NCBI GenBank assembly: GCA_964019335.1
Contig: OZ025654.1
Coordinates: forward strand, 682,001-746,000
DNA from: Diplonema japonicum
Taxonomy: Eukaryota > Protista > Euglenozoa: Diplonemea
Direction: 5' to 3'
Length of the DNA stretch: 64,000 bases
The notes beneath the pieces are model-generated. The model did not search any database and was not told the origin of the DNA. It saw only the letters and a program-made list of their open reading frames with translations. Below, in pieces: positions 55,801 through 64,000 of this stretch. The position numbers and the translations under genes were made by a program. Position 1 is the first letter of the stretch. Every line of letters starts with the position of its first letter.

Positions 55801-58800
55801 TTGACTTTTCAGAGAGCTTACTTCGTCACCCAGTTTCGCATTCACCGCTTCCTCTTCTTCAAGCTTCTTGCTTGTGGCTGACAGCTTCTCCTCCAAAGTA
55901 CCGCATTTCTCCTCAGAGTCACCCAAGCATTTCGTCTTGTCATTGTGTGACACTTGCAGGGCCTCAAGCTCTTTGCTGATCTTGGAACTCGTTGCTTGTT
56001 GTTCTTCGTGTGCTGCTTGCAGGTTGCTGATATCACTTTCAAGCTTGCTGACAATGTCTGTGTGCTCGCGTGTCTCGTTGTCGTGCTTCTCAAGCTGTTC
56101 CTCTACCTCACGCTTCAGAGAACTCACCTCGTCATTAAGTTTCGTGTTCACTGCCTCTTCTTCCTCGAGCTTCTTGCTTGTGGATGCTAGCCTCTGCTTC
56201 GCGTCATTCAGTTGACTCTTGTTCTCGTTCAGGATTGACTGCTGATCTTCAACAGAATCACTCAATTTAGCAGTCACCGCTTGCTCGTCTGCAAGTTCTT
56301 GCACCAGCTGCCGATGCTTCTCTTCGAGTTCTCGCGCTTCTTTCTGTGCCTTGACCAGCTCCCCAGCCACAGCCTCATGCTTCGCGATACTCTCGTTCAA
56401 CTCCTCCTTCCTTTCAATCAGCTGCTTCTCAAGACCTCCCGCCTCCTCACCCCTTGCCTTCTCCTTCTCTTCCACTGTTGCTCGGAGCCTTTCCACTTCA
56501 GTCTTCAGAGAGCTCACTTCGTCACCAAGCTTTGCGTTCACCGCTTCCTCTTCTTCAAGCTTCTCGTTTGCAGATGACAGCTTCTCCTCCAAAGTACTGC
56601 ATTTCTCCTCAAAGTCATCCAAGCATTTCGTCTTGTCATTGTGTGACACTTGCAGGGCCTCAAGCTCTTTGCTGATCTTGGAACTCGTTGCTTGTTGTTC
56701 TTCGTGTGCTGCTTGCAGGTTGCTGATATCACTTTCAAGCTTGCTGACAATGTCTGTGTGCTCGCGTGTCTCGTTGTCGTGCTTCTCAAGCTGTTCCTCT
56801 ACCTCACGCTTCAGGGTGCTCACCTCGTCACCCAGCTTCGTGTTCACTGCCTCTTCTTCCTCCATCCTCTTTCGTTCAGCCGATAGCTCGTCTTCCAACA
56901 TGCCGCACTTCTCAGCGAGCTCAACTTCTCTGGCTCTTGCTGCCTCATCAGCCTTGTTCAGCTCACCTTTCAGCTGTGTCAATGCAACCGCGTGACGCTC
57001 CGAAGCATCATCCAGGTCTTGCTGCAAACTCTTTGCTTCCTCTTCTGCTTCACGCAACTTGGTCTTCAGGTCCTGCAACTGGGTCTCCACCACCTGCTTT
57101 TCATGCTCCTCAGTCTGCTGTTGTGCCTTAGCCTGTCGTGTCGCACGTTCCTCCAGCCTCGCCACTTCTTCCCTTTTCGAGGCAACCTCAGTTTGAAGTT
57201 CCTGTTCTCGGTTGTTCACTTCAATCTCAAGTGCCTGAACGTTGCCTTGAAGGGAGGCTACCTCTTCCTGTGCCTTGACCAGCTCCCCAGCCACAGCCTC
57301 GTGCTTCGCGATGCTCTCGTTCAACTCCTCCCTCCTTTCAATCAGCTTCTTCTCGAGACCCCCCGCCTCCTCACCCCTTGCCTTCTCCTTCTCTTCCGCC
57401 GTAGCTTGCAGCCTGCCCACTTCACTCTTCAAAGCACCCACCTCGTCGTGAAGCTTCGCGTTCGCTGCCTCTACTTCTTCAAGCTTCTTGCTGGTGGTTG
57501 ACAGCTTCTCGTTAGTGCTGCCCAACTGTGTCTTCCAGTTGTCCAGCTCACAGCTTAGCTCAGCCTTCGAGGCTTGTTCTCTTTCAAGTTCACTACTAGC
57601 AGCTAGCAACTTCTCTTTGAGTGACACTTCCCTTGCCGTTACTTCATGAAGTTCTTTAGCTGACTCTTTTGTGACTTGTTGCAACTTCTCCTTCAGAGTT
57701 TCACAATCTTGCTCAAGCTTCATACTCACTTGCGCGTTAGCATCAGCTTCCTGTTCCTTGGACACAACGTCCTCTGCAAGCTGTTGTGCGCGCTCCTCAT
57801 GGGTACTTAGCTGCTGCCTGCATTGTGATAATTCTTGCTCCAGCTTCTGCACCTGTTTACCTAGCGTGACAGCGAGTACGGTTTCTTTTTCTAATCTTTG
57901 AGTGTCTTCGGACAGTTGTCCGTTGAGCCACGATGCCTCTTTTTTGCTCTTCCGCAGTTTTGCTTCGAGTGCATCAACAGCCTCTGCATGCTGCTCTGCC
58001 ATTGCTGCAAGTTCCTTTTCTTTCTCGGTTACTATTTCTTCTAGATGTTTACTTTTTTCCACAAACTCATCCTTCGTAGCTGCGAGCTGCCTTTGTAATT
58101 CTTCTACTTCCTGCGCCCTGCTGCTCACCAGGTTGCTTTCGATCACCAAATTCCCCTCCAACAGGCTACACTTTTCTTCAGCTGCATCACAGCGTTTCTT
58201 CAACTCCCCATGTACTTCTCGTAGGCTTTCCGTATCCTCGCCTAATAAACTGTGCTTCTCATTCAGGCTGCGGACATCACCTTCCAGCTTGGAGATGAGG
58301 GTGGAAGATGCAAGTATGTCGCTGTCATGCTTCTTGCAAAGTGCTGCAACCTCTTCTTGTAGGCTACTCACGTTCTCCATGTGATCCTTGCAGTTGGACA
58401 CTTGTGAATGCAGTTCCTTTTCTATGACTTGATTGTTCATGTAGCTTTCTTCAATCGCAGCCTCAAGAGTTTGAACTTTGTCCTGAAGGGAGACGACCTC
58501 TTCCTGTGCCTTGACCAGCTCCCCAGCCACAGCCTCATGCTTCGCGATACTCTCGTTCAACTCCTCCTTCCTTTCGATCAGCTGCTTCTCAAGACCTCCC
58601 GCCTCCTCGCCCCTTGCCTTCTCCTTCTCTTCCACTGTTGCTCGGAGCCTTTCCACTTCAGTCTTCAGAGAGCTTACTTCGTCACCAAGCTTTGCGTTCA
58701 CCGCTTCCTCTTCTTCAAGCTTCTCGTTTGCAGATGACAGCTGCTCCTCCAAAGTACTGCATTTCTCCTCAGAGTCATCCAAGCATTTCGTCTTGTCATT

Positions 58801-61800
58801 GTGTGACACTTGCAGGGCCTCAAGCTCTTTGCTGAGCTTGGAACTCGTTGCTTGTTGTTCTTCGTGTGCTGCTTGCAGGTTGCTGATTTCGCTTTCAAGC
58901 TTGCTGACAATGTCTGTGTGCTCGCGTGTGTCACTGTCGTGCTTTTCAAGCTGTTCCTCAACCTCACGTTTCAGGGTGCTCACCTCGTCGCTCAGTTGTA
59001 CTTTAACAATCTCTGCTGCATCGAGCTTCGTACTCAAAGCTGCAGACTCACCTTCCAAATTGTGGTACTTTTCTTCAATACTTTCTCTTTTCGATTTTTG
59101 CTCAGCAAGGTCTTCCCTCATTTCAACAGTCTCTTTGCTCAGTCTGTCCCCCACCGCTTGGCTCTCTTCAAGTTTCTCGACGAGCTCTGCTTCTCGCGCT
59201 GCTGCCTCTTTAGTGCTGCTCGTTTCGTTCTTCAGTTGTGCCAATGCAGCTGTGTGCTTTTCGGAAACATCACCAAGGGTTTGCTTCAAATCTGTGACTT
59301 GCCCCTCTTCGTCCCGCAATTGAGCTTCTAAGCTCTCTGCCTTGAGCACCATGCGTGCGGTAACCTCTTTTTGATGGGCATCGAGGCTTTGAATGTCGCA
59401 GCTCAGCTTCGCATTCACCGCCTCCTCTTCTTCGAGCTTCTTGCTCGTAGCTGCCAGCTTCCCTTCCAAGGTGTCCAGCTCATCCTTCAGCTGTGTCAAT
59501 GCGGTTTCGTGTTCCTCCGAAGCATCCTTCAGACCCTGCTGCAGACTTTTCACCTCGGCCCTCTCTTCAGCCAGAGATGTACAGCTTGCTTTAAGTTGCG
59601 ATTCTTGTTCGCTAGCAGTTGCCAGCTCTACTTTACGTTGATCGCAGAGTTCGTTCAGTGAAGCTCGCAGTGTGTCAGCCCTCATTTCTGCTTCAGCGCG
59701 TACTGCTTGCTCTCTCTTGTGCTCTTCGTCTTTTGCAACTAACTCATTTTCGAGCTCTTTACATTTCGCTGACGCAGCTGATGTGAGCGTTTCGAGCCTC
59801 TTCGAGCTTTCATCTATGGTAGTGGACATCTCCTTTTGCAACTCTTGTATCTCAGTTTCGAGTGTTTGGACTTTGACCTGGAGCGAGGCTACCTCTTCCT
59901 GTGCTTTGACCAGCTCCCCAGCCACAGCCTCATGCTTCGCGATACTCTCGTTCAACTCCTCCTTCCTTTCGATCAGCTGCTTCTCAAGACCTCCCGCCTC
60001 CTCGCCCCTTGTCTTCTCCTTCTCTTCCACTGTTGCTCGGAGCCTTTCCACTTCAGTCTTCAGAGAGCTCACTTCGTCACCAAGCTTTGCGTTCACCGCT
60101 TCCTCTTCTTCAAGCTTCTCGTTTGCAGATGACAGCTGCTCCTCCAAAGTACCGCATTTCTCCTCAGAGTCATCCAAGCATTTCGTCTTGTCATTGTGTG
60201 ACACTTGCAGGGCCTCAAGCTCTTTGCTGATCTTGGAACTCGTTGCTTGTTGTTCTTCGTGTGCTGCTTGCAGGTTGCTGATATCACTTTCAAGCTTGCT
60301 GACAATGTCTGTGTGCTCGCGTGTCTCGTTGTCATGCTTCTCAAGCTGTTCCTCTACCTCACGCTTCAGAGAACTCACCTCGTCACCCAGCTTTGTGTTA
60401 ACTGCTTCCTTCTCTTCGAGCTTTTCATATGTAGCGGATTGCTTCTTCTCTAATGCGTCGTATTTTTCTTCTTCATCACCTAAGCGTCCTTCCAGCTCTC
60501 TGAGCTTCTTACTCAGCTTGGCATTCTCTGCGTGTTCTGCTTCGAGCGCCTCCGTATGCTTTTCAAGGTTAGTCTCAAGTACTCGAGCTGTCTCCCGAAG
60601 TGAGGCGGCCTCCTCTTGGGTCGTGCTGAGTTTTGCCGTGTTCTCATTTAGCTCTTCTCTTCTTTCCAACAGCTTCTTCTCAAGGTAACTTGCCTCCTCA
60701 CCCCTTGCCTTCTCCTTCTCTTCTGCTGTTGCTTGCAGCCCTTCCACCAAGCGTTTCAGAGAGCTAACTTGTTCACCTAGTTTTGTGCTCGCAGCCTCTT
60801 CTACTTCGAGATTCTTGTTTGTGGTAAACAGCTTGCCTTCCAACTTGCCTTTGACCTCCTTGTGATTCGTTTGCATCTCACCAATCTTCTCGGTGAACTC
60901 AGTTTCTTTTGCAGTTGCTGCCTCTTCGACTGTATGCAGTTCATCTCTCAGCTGTGTTAATGCAGATTCGTGCCTCTCTGAAGAATCTTTCAAAGTTGCT
61001 TTCAAAGAGTTTACCTCGTCACCCAACTTGACGTTTACTGTCCGCTCTTCTTCGAGCTGCCTGTCTGTGATTTTCAGCTTCTCTTCCAACGTGCCACACT
61101 CTCCTCCTGCGTTGTCCAAGTGTGCCTGCTGCTCTTTGTACGCTTTTTGCAGGTCTTCAAGTTCTGTTCTAAGCCTGGTACTTACTTCTTGTTCTTCTTC
61201 GAGCTTCTGTGCTTGCCTCAGCTGCTGTTCCTCTTGTGTCACCTTCATGTCTTCTTCAAGCTTGGAGACAAGGTCTTCGTGTGCACTTGTGTCACTGTTG
61301 TGCTTCTCAAGCTGTCGTTCCAGTTCACATTTTAGGGTGCTTACTTCGTCACCCAGTTTCGCATTCACCGCTTCCTCTTCTTCAAGCTTCTTGCTTGTGG
61401 CTGACAGCTTCTCCTCCAAAGTACCGCATTTCTCCTCAGAGTCATCCAAGCATTTCGTCTTGTCATTGTGTGACACTTGCAGGGCCTCAAGCTCTTTGCT
61501 GATCTTGGAACTCGTTGCTTGTTGTTCTTCGTGTGCTGCTTGCAGGTTGCTGATATCACTTTCAAGCTTGCTGACAATGTCTGTGTGCTCGCGTGTCTCG
61601 TTGTCGTGCTTCTCAAGCTGTTCCTCTACCTCACGCTTCAGAGAACTCACCTCGTCATTAAGTTTCGTGTTCACTGCCTCTTCTTCCTCGAGCTTCTTGC
61701 TTGTGGATGCTAGCCTCTGCTTCGCGTCATTCAGTTGACTCTTGTTCTCGTTCAGGATTGACTGCTGATCTTCAACAGAATCACTCAATTTAGCAGTCAC

Positions 61801-63753
61801 CGCTTGCTCGTCTGCAAGTTCTTGCACCAGCTGCCGATGCTTCTCTTCGAGTTCTCGCGCTTCTTTCTGTGCCTTGACCAGCTCCCCAGCCACAGCCTCA
61901 TGCTTCGCGATACTCTCGTTCAACTCCTCCTTCCTTTCAATCAGCTGCTTCTCAAGACCTCCCGCCTCCTCACCCCTTGCCTTCTCCTTCTCTTCCACTG
62001 TTGCTCGGAGCCTTTCCACTTCAGTCTTCAGAGAGCTCACTTCGTCACCAAGCTTTGCGTTCACCGCTTCCTCTTCTTCAAGCTTCTCGTTTGCAGATGA
62101 CAGCTTCTCCTCCAAAGTACTGCATTTCTCCTCAAAGTCATCCAAGCATTTCGTCTTGTCATTGTGTGACACTTGCAGGGCCTCAAGCTCTTTGCTGATC
62201 TTGGAACTCGTTGCTTGTTGTTCTTCGTGTGCTGCTTGCAGGTTGCTGATATCACTTTCAAGCTTGCTGACAATGTCTGTGTGCTCGCGTGTCTCGTTGT
62301 CGTGCTTCTCAAGCTGTTCCTCTACCTCACGCTTCAGGGTGCTCACCTCGTCACCCAGCTTCGTGTTCACTGCCTCTTCTTCCTCCATCCTCTTTCGTTC
62401 AGCCGATAGCTCGTCTTCCAACATGCCGCACTTCTCAGCGAGCTCAACTTCTCTGGCTCTTGCTGCCTCATCAGCCTTGTTCAGCTCACCTTTCAGCTGT
62501 GTCAATGCAACCGCGTGACGCTCCGAAGCATCATCCAGGTCTTGCTGCAAACTCTTTGCTTCCTCTTCTGCTTCACGCAACTTGGTCTTCAGGTCCTGCA
62601 ACTGGGTCTCCACCACCTGCTTTTCATGCTCCTCAGTCTGCTGTTGTGCCTTAGCCTGTCGTGTCGCACGTTCCTCCAGCCTCGCCACTTCTTCCCTTTT
62701 CGAGGCAACCTCAGTTTGAAGTTCCTGTTCTCGGTTGTTCATTTCAATCTCAAGTGCCTGAACGTTGCCTTGAAGGGAGGCTACCTCTTCCTGTGCCTTG
62801 ACCAGCTCCCCAGCCACAGCCTCGTGCTTCGCGATGCTCTCGTTCAACTCCTCCCTCCTTTCAATCAGCTTCTTCTCGAGACCCCCCGCCTCCTCACCCC
62901 TTGCCTTCTCCTTCTCTTCCGCCGTAGCTTGCAGCCTGCCCACTTCACTCTTCAAAGCACCCACCTCGTCGTGAAGCTTCGCGTTCGCTGCCTCTACTTC
63001 TTCAAGCTTCTTGCTGGTGGTTGACAGCAGTGTACTGCGCTTTTCTCCTGCATCATTCTGCTCCTCAAGTGTCTCATTTAGGCTTTTGACTTCACTGCTA
63101 AGTTTTGCGTTCAAAGCTGTCTCTTTTTCAAACTTTGCGTTGCTGTTCTCTAATTCACTCCGCAGTATTTGGAGCTCTCCGTTGAGCCTGGTGCCAGATA
63201 CCTGTTCTTTTTCAAGGTCGCCTTTTAGCAGTTCGGCACCTAATGTTTCCTTTTGGATTTTGTCCTCAAGTTCTTGCAGCTGGAGTTGCAGGGCGGCCTC
63301 GCGTTGGGTGCTGCTGTCGAGGTCGGAGGAGAGGGTTTCGACCTTAGTGGATGCGACACTGGCAGCTGTCTGGAGGTCGGTCATGGCCACTTCATGGGAC
63401 GCGAGGAGCTCTGCTTTTAGTACATCAAGTTTCGAGCTGTTGAGGTGGAGCGCAGTCATGATAGGTGACTCTTGTACGTAATCAACGAGGGGGAACGTGT
63501 CTTGGGAGGGTGTCAGCGAACGCTCTTCAAGCATTGATTGGTTATGCCGCACTAGCATCTTTGACATCAGCCCTAACTCAGAACCAATGTGAACAAGCCT
63601 CAGTCGCTGTTCGCCCATACTCCCCTCCGTGGGTGCCACCTCTTCACACAACCGCCTGTTCTCTTGACACATCATCTCAACATAACTCATATATTTCATC
63701 ACATCTTCGCGGAGGGATTTCAACTTCCTTGTCTCCAGGAATCTATCCGCCAT
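52836..63753 (-). CDS. Giant coiled-coil protein with C-terminal ankyrin repeats; join(53268-63753, 53134-53232, 52836-53098), 3615 aa
   Basis: A 3495-aa E/K/L-rich repetitive coiled coil. Removing two 35-nt introns yields contiguous ankyrin repeats: AAREGD...RHTALHAAARAGHLGLCKILLENGASVH...GATPLHWAAEHG...GRTPLMDAV. Confidence 0.9.
53099..53133 (-). other. 35-nt GT-AG intron
   Basis: GAG|GTATGTGATACATGAAGCTTTGAACTTGCAAACAG|GCG. Confidence 0.9.
53233..53267 (-). other. 35-nt GT-AG intron
   Basis: CAA|GTATGTTCACAGCGTGACCACATATATCTCTACAG|GAC. Confidence 0.9.
55816..63028. repeat. Near-identical 1.69-kb intragenic duplication (55816-57505 and 61339-63028), plus shorter module copies
   Basis: Constant offset of 5523 nt with few differences seen (KCLGDS/KCLDDS, EIEVNN/EIEMNN). 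Partial copies lie near 58.5-59.0 kb and 59.9-60.4 kb. Confidence 0.95.
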
Positions 63754-64000
63754 CCCCCCTACTGTTGCGGCAATTTATGCAAACGAGCATCGCAGGAGCC
63801 AGTTTGCCTTTAGGGGGGGGGGGGGGGGAGCTAGAAAAATATAACATTACTAAAAGGGTGTTAGTCGTGAAGCTAGGAAGGCAAGGAAAAATAAGGAAAA
63901 TAAAACTCAGGAGGAAGAAAACAAAGACTGCCTTTCTTCAGGAAAGATGCACGTCTCGAGGGAGAGAGAAAATAAATGTTGCTGCTACTCGAGAACAGTG

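Noticed and set aside
128-63481. Long plus-strand ORFs (e.g. 128-745, 12087-13442, 15006-15935, 37976-39346, 59672-60688)
   Set aside because: Antisense shadows of repetitive or GC-rich minus-strand genes; no independent domain signal.

Overview
Eukaryotic nuclear DNA. It is most likely from a euglenozoan protist such as a diplonemid; this is inferred from gene organisation and protein families, not proven. All ~20 host genes lie on the minus strand in one directional cluster. Most are separated by homopolymer-rich (A/T/G) spacers, and there is an ~8 kb gene-poor stretch at 29.4-37.4 kb. Recognisable genes are eIF5-like, an SLC52 riboflavin transporter, a PDK/BCKDK-family kinase, AP-1 gamma adaptin, RNase H2 subunit B, a tandem DsbA/GST-kappa protein, a possible TFIIE-beta, Ubl and ankyrin proteins, Thr-rich, WSC, BNR and PAN surface proteins, an EF-hand protein, a pseudokinase-ankyrin protein and a ~3600 aa coiled-coil-ankyrin protein. 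Reading the gene ends by hand reveals very short GT-AG introns that the ORF track misses. Three are exactly 35 nt (GTATG...ACAG), one has poly-A instead of a pyrimidine tract, and all sit near gene 3' ends. Three genes at 49.7-63.8 kb are in frame with each other across two 54-nt spacers (the second spacer depends on a predicted 38-nt intron). These spacers carry splice sites that could either fuse the genes in cis or separate them by trans-splicing. Mobile DNA includes a decayed non-LTR RT, several 3' fragments of one LINE-like family, a piggyBac relic, a TTAA/Kolobok-like TIR element, a Crypton-like palindromic element, a poly-A SINE-like family and a structured dispersed repeat.
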